A stretch of 64,000 bases of DNA from NCBI RefSeq assembly GCF_056712565.1, contig NZ_CM160072.1. One strand, given 5' to 3'. Of the stretch, positions 33,879-41,766 are shown one piece after another. Below the pieces are notes generated by a model. That model saw only the letters and a list, made by a program, of their open reading frames with translations, was not told where the DNA came from and made no database searches. The translations under genes and the position numbers were made by a program. Within the stretch, counting starts at the first letter, position 1, and every line of letters begins with the position of its first letter.

Positions 33879-34664
33879 TTAGCGCACTAAATAACCGCCA
33901 TCAACCACTAATAAATGTCCGTTGACATAATTCGATGCCGGACTTGCGAGGAATACGGCTGCGCCCATTAAATCCTGAGTATCGCCCCAACGGTTTGCCG
34001 GAATATAATCAAGAACGCGCTGGTTAGTTTCTGGATTACTACGGGTCGCCAGAGTGATATCGGTAGCGTAATATCCCGGGGAAATACCATTCACCTGAAT
34101 ATTATATTGACCTAATTCATCGCAATAGGCTTTGGTGAATCCGGCAAGAGCATGTTTAGTGGCAGAATAAGCCGGTGACCATTGACCACCTGAGTAAGAG
34201 AACAATGAACAGATATTAATGATTTTACCGCTTTTCTGCGGGATCATAATTTTTGCAGCTTCATAGCTTAACTCGAATGCGGCGGTAAGGTTCACGTCAA
34301 TCATCGGATCCCAGTCGGCACGCCCGAAGTCCAGCACCTTATTCAGCTTACATATACCGGCATTGTTAACCAGAATATCGACGGTACCGAAACGCTCACA
34401 GCAGGCAGCGATAATCTTCTGCGGTGCGCCTTCTGCGGTGATATCCACCTGCATGAAGTCCACTTCAACACCCTGTTTTTCAATCATTTCCTTTGTTTCG
34501 CCGTTATCTTTGACGAAACTTGGAATAAAGACATTTGCGCCAGCCTTGGCCAGCGCCATGGCAAATGCCTGGCCTAATCCGCTATTCCCGCCGGTAACAA
34601 TTGCTGTTTTACCTTTCAGGGAGAAAAAATCCATTGAGAACGCATTGAGAGATTCGATTGACAT
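33879..34664 (-). CDS. ygcW: Short-chain dehydrogenase/reductase
   Basis: Start at MSIESLNAFSMDFFSLKGKTAIVTGGNSGLGQ (TGxxxGxG SDR motif), 261 aa; GGAG RBS upstream. Confidence 0.85.
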   Translation of the reverse strand: MSIESLNAFSMDFFSLKGKTAIVTGGNSGLGQAFAMALAKAGANVFIPSFVKDNGETKEMIEKQGVEVDFMQVDITAEGAPQKIIAACCERFGTVDILVNNAGICKLNKVLDFGRADWDPMIDVNLTAAFELSYEAAKIMIPQKSGKIINICSLFSYSGGQWSPAYSATKHALAGFTKAYCDELGQYNIQVNGISPGYYATDITLATRSNPETNQRVLDYIPANRWGDTQDLMGAAVFLASPASNYVNGHLLVVDGGYLVR

Positions 34665-34688
34665 AGTTAGCTCCAATTTCCGTAAGGC

Positions 34689-34736
34689 AAAAAAAAAGAA
34701 AGGTAACTTCCCCCGCGAGAGGGAAGTTACCTTTCT
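34689..34736 (-). terminator. Intrinsic-terminator-like hairpin plus U9 tract in the ygcW leader (candidate attenuator)
   Basis: Perfect 14–16 bp inverted repeat (aaaggtaacttccc / gggaagttaccttt, 8-nt loop) preceded on the + strand by nine A residues, which gives a hairpin followed by U9 on the minus strand about 25 nt upstream of the ygcW start codon. Confidence 0.5.
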
Positions 34737-34910
34737 CATTATCTCTGGTAACTGGAGATAATTTTTAGCATAAGGGCATAACTGCTAATGTGATCGTAAT
34801 CACAGAGTGATGTTCGTATTATCAAATAGTTTTAAAAAGCAGAAGCGTGATTACTCTCACACAACACCTTTTCTTTCCATGTTATTTCTTATTGCAATTA
34901 CTAGAGACCT

Positions 34911-34958
34911 GAGAAAAGTAATCCACCTGAAAGGGCGGCTTACTTTTCTCTTTTTTTT
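34911..34958 (+). terminator. Intrinsic-terminator-like hairpin plus T8 tract in the yqcE leader (candidate attenuator)
   Basis: 11-bp inverted repeat (gagaaaagtaa ... ttacttttctc, 18-nt loop) followed by eight T residues on the + strand, ending about 25 nt before the yqcE ATG. Confidence 0.45.
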
Positions 34959-34982
34959 GTCTATTACAAATGGGAATACGAT

Positions 34983-36260
34983 ATGCAACACAACTCATAT
35001 CGCCGTTGGATAACCCTCGCGATAATTAGTTTTAGCGGCGGCGTTAGTTTCGACCTGGCTTATTTACGTTATATTTATCAAATTCCCATGGCAAAATTTA
35101 TGGGATTCAGCAATACCGAGATAGGTTTAATAATGAGTACCTTTGGTATTGCGGCCATTATTTTCTATGCCCCTAGCGGCGTTATTGCCGATAAATTTTC
35201 ACACCGCAAAATGATTACTTCCGCGATGATCATTACCGGATTACTGGGCCTGATAATGGCAACATATCCACCACTGTGGGTAATGCTCTGTATTCAGGTC
35301 GCCTTTGCGATAACGACGATTTTAATGCTGTGGTCGGTGTCGATTAAAGCCGCATCGTTGCTGGGCGATCATAGCGAGCAAGGGAAAATTATGGGCTGGA
35401 TGGAAGGGCTGCGCGGCGTCGGTGTAATGTCGCTGGCGGTGTTTACCATGTGGGTCTTTTCTCGCTTTGCACCGGATGACAGCGCCAGCCTGAAAACGGT
35501 CATTATTATCTATAGTGTGGTTTACATTCTGCTGGGCATTTTGTGTTGGTTTTTTGTTAGCGATAACAACAATCTGCGCAGTGCCAATAACGAAGAAAAA
35601 CAGTCATTCCAGCTTAGCGACATCCTGGCCGTTTTGCGCATCAGCACCACCTGGTATTGCAGCATGGTGATTTTTGGTGTCTTCACCATCTACGCCATTC
35701 TGAGTTACTCCACCAACTATCTGACCGAAATGTACGGCATGTCACTGGTGGCAGCGAGCTACATGGGGATTGTGATCAACAAAATCTTCCGCGCGTTATG
35801 CGGCCCACTTGGCGGCATTATCACCACCTACAGCAAAGTGAAATCCCCTACCCGCGTGGTCCAAATCCTTTCCATCATCGGTTTGCTGGCATTGACAGCC
35901 CTGCTCGTTACGAACTCTAACCCGCAATCGGTCGCGATGGGGATTGGCTTGATTTTATTACTGGGATTCACCTGTTACGCCTCACGCGGGCTGTATTGGG
36001 CCTGCCCTGGCGAAGCGAGAACACCGTCTTACATTATGGGCACCACGGTAGGTATTTGTTCGGTGATTGGATTCCTGCCGGATGTCTTCGTTTACCCGAT
36101 TATCGGCTACTGGCAAGACACCCTGCCCGCTGCAGAAGCCTACCGCAACATGTGGCTAATGGGCATGGCGGCGCTTGGCATGGTGATCATCTTTACCTTT
36201 TTGCTGTTCCAAAAAATTCGTACTGCTGATAGCGCCCCCGCAATGGCTAGCAGCAAGTAA
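34983..36260 (+). CDS. yqcE: MFS-family transporter
   Basis: 425-aa multi-TM ORF MQHNSYRRWITLAIISFSGGVSFDLAY... Confidence 0.85.
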   Translation: MQHNSYRRWITLAIISFSGGVSFDLAYLRYIYQIPMAKFMGFSNTEIGLIMSTFGIAAIIFYAPSGVIADKFSHRKMITSAMIITGLLGLIMATYPPLWVMLCIQVAFAITTILMLWSVSIKAASLLGDHSEQGKIMGWMEGLRGVGVMSLAVFTMWVFSRFAPDDSASLKTVIIIYSVVYILLGILCWFFVSDNNNLRSANNEEKQSFQLSDILAVLRISTTWYCSMVIFGVFTIYAILSYSTNYLTEMYGMSLVAASYMGIVINKIFRALCGPLGGIITTYSKVKSPTRVVQILSIIGLLALTALLVTNSNPQSVAMGIGLILLLGFTCYASRGLYWACPGEARTPSYIMGTTVGICSVIGFLPDVFVYPIIGYWQDTLPAAEAYRNMWLMGMAALGMVIIFTFLLFQKIRTADSAPAMASSK

Positions 36261-36286
36261 GCCAGGAAAATTACAGGAGAAAAATC

Positions 36287-37765
36287 ATGTCGAAAAAATA
36301 CATCATAGGGATTGATGGCGGAAGTCAGAGCACAAAAGTGGTGATGTACGATCTGGAAGGTAATGTGGTTTGCGAAGGCAAAGGCTTATTGCAGCCGATG
36401 CACACGCCAGATGCCGATACCGCAGAACATCCTGACGACGATTTATGGGCATCATTATGCTTTGCCGGCCACGATTTGATGAGCCAGTTTGCCGGGAATA
36501 AAGAAGATATTGTCGGCATTGGCCTGGGATCCATCCGTTGCTGCCGTGCGTTATTGAAAGCCGATGGCACGCCTGCTGCGCCGTTGATTAGCTGGCAGGA
36601 TGCACGCGTAACGCGTCCCTACGAACACACTAATCCTGACGTGGCATATGTCACCTCTTTTTCGGGTTATCTGACGCACCGTTTAACGGGCGAATTTAAA
36701 GATAATATCGCCAACTATTTTGGTCAGTGGCCGGTGGATTATAAGACCTGGGCATGGAGCGAAGATGCCGCGGTAATGGAAAAGTTTAATATCCCCCGCC
36801 AGATGCTTTTTGACGTGCAAATGCCGGGCACCATTCTTGGGCATATCACACCACAAGCTGCGCTGGCGACACATTTCCCGGCTGGGCTGCCGGTTGTTTG
36901 TACCACCAGTGATAAACCGGTAGAAGCTCTGGGAGCCGGGTTACTGGATGATGAAACGGCGGTAATTTCTCTTGGCACCTATATCGCGTTAATGATGAAC
37001 GGCAAAGCACTGCCGAAAGATCCGGTCGCGTACTGGCCGATTATGTCTTCTATTCCGCAAACATTGCTGTATGAAGGTTACGGTATTCGCAAAGGCATGT
37101 GGACGGTGAGCTGGCTGCGCGACATGTTAGGCGAGTCGTTAATTCAGGATGCCAAAGCACAGGATCTTTCACCGGAAGATTTGCTCAACAAAAAAGCGTC
37201 TTGCGTGCCACCTGGTTGTAATGGGCTGATGACGGTGCTGGACTGGCTGACCAATCCGTGGGAACCGTACAAACGCGGAATTATGATCGGCTTTGATTCC
37301 AGTATGGATTACGCATGGATATATCGTTCGATACTGGAAAGCGTGGCGCTGACGCTGAAGAATAATTACGACAATATGTGTCATGAAATGAATCACTTTG
37401 CAAAGCATGTGATCATTACTGGCGGCGGTTCGAACAGCGATCTGTTTATGCAGATTTTTGCCGACGTGTTCAACCTTCCGGCACGCCGTAACGCCATTAA
37501 CGGTTGTGCAAGTCTGGGGGCAGCGATTAATACGGCGGTAGGTCTGGGGCTATACCCGGATTACGCAACGGCTGTCGACAAAATGGTTCGCGTGAAAGAT
37601 ATCTTTATGCCTGTTGAGAACAATGCCAAACGCTACGACGCGATGAATAAAGGCATTTTCAAGGAGTTAACCAAACATACTGATGTAATCCTGAAAAAAT
37701 CGTATGAAGTGATGCATGGGGAATTGGGGAATGCGGATTCGATCCAGAGCTGGTCGAATGCGTAA
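36287..37765 (+). CDS. ygcE: FGGY-family carbohydrate kinase
   Basis: 492-aa ORF MSKKYIIGIDGGSQSTKVVMYDLEG... with FGGY kinase N-terminal motif. Confidence 0.85.
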   Translation: MSKKYIIGIDGGSQSTKVVMYDLEGNVVCEGKGLLQPMHTPDADTAEHPDDDLWASLCFAGHDLMSQFAGNKEDIVGIGLGSIRCCRALLKADGTPAAPLISWQDARVTRPYEHTNPDVAYVTSFSGYLTHRLTGEFKDNIANYFGQWPVDYKTWAWSEDAAVMEKFNIPRQMLFDVQMPGTILGHITPQAALATHFPAGLPVVCTTSDKPVEALGAGLLDDETAVISLGTYIALMMNGKALPKDPVAYWPIMSSIPQTLLYEGYGIRKGMWTVSWLRDMLGESLIQDAKAQDLSPEDLLNKKASCVPPGCNGLMTVLDWLTNPWEPYKRGIMIGFDSSMDYAWIYRSILESVALTLKNNYDNMCHEMNHFAKHVIITGGGSNSDLFMQIFADVFNLPARRNAINGCASLGAAINTAVGLGLYPDYATAVDKMVRVKDIFMPVENNAKRYDAMNKGIFKELTKHTDVILKKSYEVMHGELGNADSIQSWSNA

Positions 37766-37810
37766 GTGAGGAAGGCCGGGCGGGAAACTGCCCGGCATGA
37801 ACATACCTGA

Positions 37811-37900
37811 ATGGTTATCCCCGCTGACGCGGGGAACTCATATCCGGTTTTTGCTGGTGGGCCGCGCCGTTCGGTTTATCCCCGCTGGTGCGGGGAACTC
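37811..37900 (-). CRISPR. Minimal orphan type I-E CRISPR array: two repeats and one 32-nt spacer
   Basis: Repeat A at 37872..37900 (cggtttatccccgctggtgcggggaactc) is the reverse complement of the E. coli type I-E repeat GAGTTCCCCGCGCCAGCGGGGATAAACCG with one mismatch. Repeat B at 37811..37839 (atggttatccccgctgacgcggggaactc) is a degenerate copy with 4 mismatches, as expected for a terminal repeat. Spacer 37840..37871: atatccggtttttgctggtgggccgcgccgtt. Location between ygcE and queE matches the K-12 CRISPR-II position. Confidence 0.85.
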
Positions 37901-38230
37901 TCTAAACATAACCTATTATTAATTAATTATTTTTTAAGCCAGTCACAATCTACCAACTTTACAGTATCACACAAACAACACATCCATTATGTTAAAGAGC
38001 ACTTAATCCATTGATTAAAAAGATAAATATTTAAAATAACTCTATTCAAACTAAAATCTACCAAACTTTACCGCAATAATTTTCACTCCAGCGAAAAATT
38101 AACGCCACAGAATTTGTAGAGAATGATAATGATTAGTCCAGAATGGGCAAAATGGAGGTTTTTCAGAGGCGACAAAGAATATAAATGAGTAGAAGTCTTT
38201 ACAGATTCCACCCATTTATAACGCTTATAA
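37901..38230 (-). promoter_or_regulatory. AT-rich putative CRISPR leader adjacent to the less-degenerate repeat
   Basis: About 330 bp of very AT-rich non-coding sequence abutting repeat A, on the side where a type I-E leader is expected. Extent not defined from sequence. Confidence 0.5.
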
Positions 38231-38238
38231 ATGTTTAA

Positions 38239-38910
38239 TCAGGCAATATTCAAATATTTATGTGTCTGCATCGACAAACGCCAGTTGCGCGCAATGCAGG
38301 TATCGATACATAAACGCGTAGCATCTTCCTTCTGGCTAATTGGCTGAAGTGCAATGACTCGCGGTTTATCATCGGTCAGCGTCGCCAGCAATTCGTCCAG
38401 TGCTTCAATATCACGTACGCGTCCCACTGGATGCTTGATTTCGTTGGCTCGCTCCAGGGCTTGCGACAATACTTCATAGCCGCCGCGCATGTTCAGCTTT
38501 GGCGATACGGTAACCCAGGTATTCGGTGTGCAGCGTACCTCATGAGTACCACTGGTTTCGATCTGGCAGCTAAAACCGTTCTTTTCGAGCAGGTCAGTCA
38601 GTGGCAGCAAATCATGAATGCAAGGCTCACCACCCGTAATCACCACGTGACGCGCGGTGTATCCCTGACGGCCAATGACAGCCAGCAAATCTTCACTGCT
38701 CGCCGCCCCCCACTTATCACTCTCTTTGGTCTTCGCCAGAATGCTGAAAAGGGAGACTTCCCGATCCTCAAGCTTTTCCCAGGTGTGTTTGGTGTCGCAC
38801 CAGGCACAGCCAACCGGACATCCCTGTAAACGAATAAAAATGGCGGGGACGCCGGTAAAGTAACCCTCACCTTGCAGGGTCTGGAACATCTCGTTAATCG
38901 GGTACTGCAT
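38239..38910 (-). CDS. queE: 7-carboxy-7-deazaguanine synthase (radical SAM)
   Basis: 223-aa ORF MQYPINEMFQTLQGEGYFTGVPAIFIRLQGCPVGCAWCDTKHTW... with radical-SAM Cys motif. Confidence 0.9.
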   Translation of the reverse strand: MQYPINEMFQTLQGEGYFTGVPAIFIRLQGCPVGCAWCDTKHTWEKLEDREVSLFSILAKTKESDKWGAASSEDLLAVIGRQGYTARHVVITGGEPCIHDLLPLTDLLEKNGFSCQIETSGTHEVRCTPNTWVTVSPKLNMRGGYEVLSQALERANEIKHPVGRVRDIEALDELLATLTDDKPRVIALQPISQKEDATRLCIDTCIARNWRLSMQTHKYLNIA

Positions 38911-39082
38911 AGCATTCTCTGTGAAGTGGATAATTGTTAATTATTGCAGATCCTGCCACAACAATCATGTCTTATTAACATTCTGTTACAGGCAGGTTTG
39001 ATGCAAAAATTGGCTCAGATCATTAAGAATAAAATGAAGCGGCGTATTATGTTTTCAAGGATTAAATGAAAGGGATTTAAAC

Positions 39083-39691
39083 ATGTTTAGAATATTCATC
39101 GCGTTTATATTTATTTTCAATTTATCAGGTTGCGGTTATAACGATATTCAAACCTATGATGAACAGGTTAATGCCTCCTGGTCAGAAGTATTAAATCAAT
39201 ATCAACGTCGCACCGATCTTATTCCTAATCTTGTCGCTAGTATTAAAGGTTACTCCAGCCATGAACAAGAGGTACTAGAAGCCGTAACATTGGCACGTAG
39301 TCAGGCTAATCGCGCCAGTAGCGATCTTCAGAAAACTCCGGGAGATGAACAAAAATTACAAGCCTGGCAACAGGCGCAGGCGCAGGCGCAGGTGACTCGC
39401 ACTCTCGGGCAGTTAACGATTATTAGTGAGCGTTACCCTCAGTTAAAGGCTCAAGAGCTCTATCAAAACTTAATGGTACAGCTCGAAGGAAGTGAAAATA
39501 GAATTGCCGTTGCGCGAGGAAGATATATTAAAGCCATTGAACAATATAATGTCACTATCCGCAAATTCCCCGCTGTATTAACCGCAAAGGTCATGGATTA
39601 CACACCAAAGAAAAATTATTTGCCGGATGATGTCACCGCAGTAAGTAAAGCCCCAACAATAGATTTTAGCCAGAATGCTAATGCTCATTAA
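39083..39691 (+). CDS. lemA: LemA-family protein
   Basis: 202-aa ORF with N-terminal lipoprotein-type signal/anchor (FIFIFNLSGCGYN) and LemA-like helical domain; AT-rich codon usage. Confidence 0.8.
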   Translation: MFRIFIAFIFIFNLSGCGYNDIQTYDEQVNASWSEVLNQYQRRTDLIPNLVASIKGYSSHEQEVLEAVTLARSQANRASSDLQKTPGDEQKLQAWQQAQAQAQVTRTLGQLTIISERYPQLKAQELYQNLMVQLEGSENRIAVARGRYIKAIEQYNVTIRKFPAVLTAKVMDYTPKKNYLPDDVTAVSKAPTIDFSQNANAH

Positions 39692-39704
39692 GCGGGGACG
39701 TTCT

Positions 39705-40598
39705 ATGCGAAATTTTATCTTCCTTATGGCTTTCTTCTGTTCATCTGTGTTTGCTACACAAATTCCAGTACCTGAATCACCCAGGTATGTGAATGACTTA
39801 ACCGGCACATTAACAAACAGCGAAGTAAACACCCTGACCAACCAGATTAAAGCCCTGACGCAAAAAAACCACGCACAGTTGGTCGTGTTAGTGGTTGATA
39901 CAACAGGCGATGAAACCATTGAGCAGTACGCAACGCGGGTATTCGATAGCTGGAAACCGGGTGATAAAGACCGTGATGATGGCGTTCTACTGTTAGTCGC
40001 CTGGCAGGATCATACCGTGCGTATTGAAATCGGTTACGGGCTGGAAGGTATTATTACGGATGCACAGTCCGGGAAAATTATTCGCAACAGTATTATTCCG
40101 GCATTTAAAAAAGGCGACCTGGCTGGTGGTTTACAAAAGGGGATCAACGATATTGAAAGTCGCCTGACGGGGAATAATTCAGCAACGATAACACCGACCG
40201 ATCACCCTTTGTCCTTTAGCGGTTGGTGGGCTTTATTAGTCTGGGCGATAATACTGACGTTTATTTCTGCCAGAGGATATATCAAAACGTTGGGAGTAAT
40301 TTGCTTCGCAGCCATTGTACTGGCCTTTGTTTTACCTATAGCAGGTTTCAGCGGAAGCTGGGGAGTACTCACAACATTACTCTGCTTCGCCACACCGTTT
40401 CTGGCAGTTGCCATCGCTTTTACCCCCTTCGGCAAAAAGGTTCGGGATTCGATGCGTGATGCCAACCAGCCATCACGCCATACAAGAAGCAATTCTTCCT
40501 CCCACTATTCATCATCGTCATCCTCTTCATTCGACAATGACAATTTTAGCGGTGGTGGCGGTTCATCTGGTGGCGGTGGCGCTTCCGGGCGCTGGTAA
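39705..40598 (+). CDS. TPM-domain (DUF477/YgcG-like) membrane protein, paralog 1, with Gly/Ser-rich C-terminal tail
   Basis: Start chosen at MRNFIFLMAFFCSSVFA (signal peptide); alternative ATGs lie at 39675 and 39681. TPM domain (LVVLVVDTTGDETIEQYATRVFDSWKPGDKDRDDGVLLLVAWQDHTVRIEIGYGLEG), 2–3 TM helices, poly-Ser linker, C-terminus GGGGSSGGGGASGRW. Confidence 0.75.
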   Translation: MRNFIFLMAFFCSSVFATQIPVPESPRYVNDLTGTLTNSEVNTLTNQIKALTQKNHAQLVVLVVDTTGDETIEQYATRVFDSWKPGDKDRDDGVLLLVAWQDHTVRIEIGYGLEGIITDAQSGKIIRNSIIPAFKKGDLAGGLQKGINDIESRLTGNNSATITPTDHPLSFSGWWALLVWAIILTFISARGYIKTLGVICFAAIVLAFVLPIAGFSGSWGVLTTLLCFATPFLAVAIAFTPFGKKVRDSMRDANQPSRHTRSNSSSHYSSSSSSSFDNDNFSGGGGSSGGGGASGRW

Positions 40599-40612
40599 CA
40601 AAAGGAATTGAT

Positions 40613-41761
40613 ATGCGTATTTTTCTCTTACTTCTGATGCTATGCGGTTTTCAGGTATTCGCTGAACGATTGCCTTCAGTGACTGACTTAACCGGGACAT
40701 TAACGACAGAAGAACAAAGTGCTTTAAATCAACAATTACAGACTCTCGAGCAGCAAAACCACTTCCAGGTGGCCGTGTTGGTTACGCCGACAACAGGGGG
40801 CAAAAACATTAAACTTGCAGCCTCGCAGAGATACGGGGTATATCACTGGAAACCCGTTGGAGAGAAGCGATATGGCGAAGGTATTTTAATTCTCGTCGTT
40901 TGGCCGGAAGGGCTGGCGTCAATGAAGATTGGACATGGACTGGAACAGATGTTGCCGCCGGAACAAGCTGCGCAAATTGTTCGTTACCATATGCAGCCAG
41001 AATTCGAAAAAAACAATCTCTTTGCTGGATTAACGGGCGGAATTGAAAGCATCGCACAGTTTACCCATATCAAAGCGAACCTTAGCCCTTTGGATGCTTT
41101 AGCCAATCATCTGTTTGCTAATCCGCAACTTTCGCTGCCATGCCTTGCCTGGACAGTGCTGATGATCGTTGCCATCATTGTCCTCTGGCGATTTACCAGC
41201 CGTCCAGGACCTGGCATATGGATGATATCAATGATTACACCTACGGTCTGGTTTTTCTGCTTTCAGGACGATGTCATCATTCGGCGGGTGTCGGTCGTTT
41301 GTTTTAGTTTATTTTTCGCAGCAATCTGCTGGCAGCGTCTCGCAGTAGTTTTTAATATGTGCCGCGTATTTCCTATGATGCTGGCCCCAAAAAATAAAAA
41401 CGCGAAAGTGAAAAAACAAAAGAAGACTCCGCAAGTTCGTGAATCAGGACGAAATTCATTGTTTGTCGTGATGCTGATAATTATTGTGGGATGGTGCCTG
41501 GTGTTCGCCAGTAATAAAGATATTGCATTCATCTCAACAATTATTGGGTTAATTGATCATTTTATCGGCCCAATAACCATTGCTGGCATCGTTCTGCTGA
41601 TCATTGTGGCCAAATTTACTGGCAATCTTAAGCTGGGGTCAGGAGAAAAAAGCAACAGGAAAACGGGGAATCGTAATGCTCATTCTCGCTCTTCGTCGAG
41701 AAATTCTTTCCGCGGTGGTGGCGGTTCTTCAGGAGGCGGCGGTTCATCCGGCCGTTGGTGA
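40613..41761 (+). CDS. TPM-domain membrane protein, paralog 2 (more divergent, extended multi-TM region), same C-terminal tail
   Basis: 382-aa ORF with ATG start and AGGA RBS; signal peptide MRIFLLLLMLCGFQVFA; TPM-like N-terminal domain; long hydrophobic and lysine-rich middle region; C-terminus RGGGGSSGGGGSSGRW. Confidence 0.75.
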   Translation: MRIFLLLLMLCGFQVFAERLPSVTDLTGTLTTEEQSALNQQLQTLEQQNHFQVAVLVTPTTGGKNIKLAASQRYGVYHWKPVGEKRYGEGILILVVWPEGLASMKIGHGLEQMLPPEQAAQIVRYHMQPEFEKNNLFAGLTGGIESIAQFTHIKANLSPLDALANHLFANPQLSLPCLAWTVLMIVAIIVLWRFTSRPGPGIWMISMITPTVWFFCFQDDVIIRRVSVVCFSLFFAAICWQRLAVVFNMCRVFPMMLAPKNKNAKVKKQKKTPQVRESGRNSLFVVMLIIIVGWCLVFASNKDIAFISTIIGLIDHFIGPITIAGIVLLIIVAKFTGNLKLGSGEKSNRKTGNRNAHSRSSSRNSFRGGGGSSGGGGSSGRW

Positions 41762-41766
41762 TCGTA

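Noticed and set aside
37811-38014. 67-aa + strand ORF (MVIPADAGNSYPVFAGGPRRSVYPRWCGELSKHN...)
   Set aside because: It is simply a translation across the two CRISPR repeats, the spacer and the AT-rich leader; there is no coding evidence.
39578-39919. 113-aa minus-strand ORF (and its paralogous twin at 41628..41981)
   Set aside because: Both are antisense to the 5' ends of TPM paralogs 1 and 3; their mutual similarity just reflects the paralogy of the sense-strand genes.
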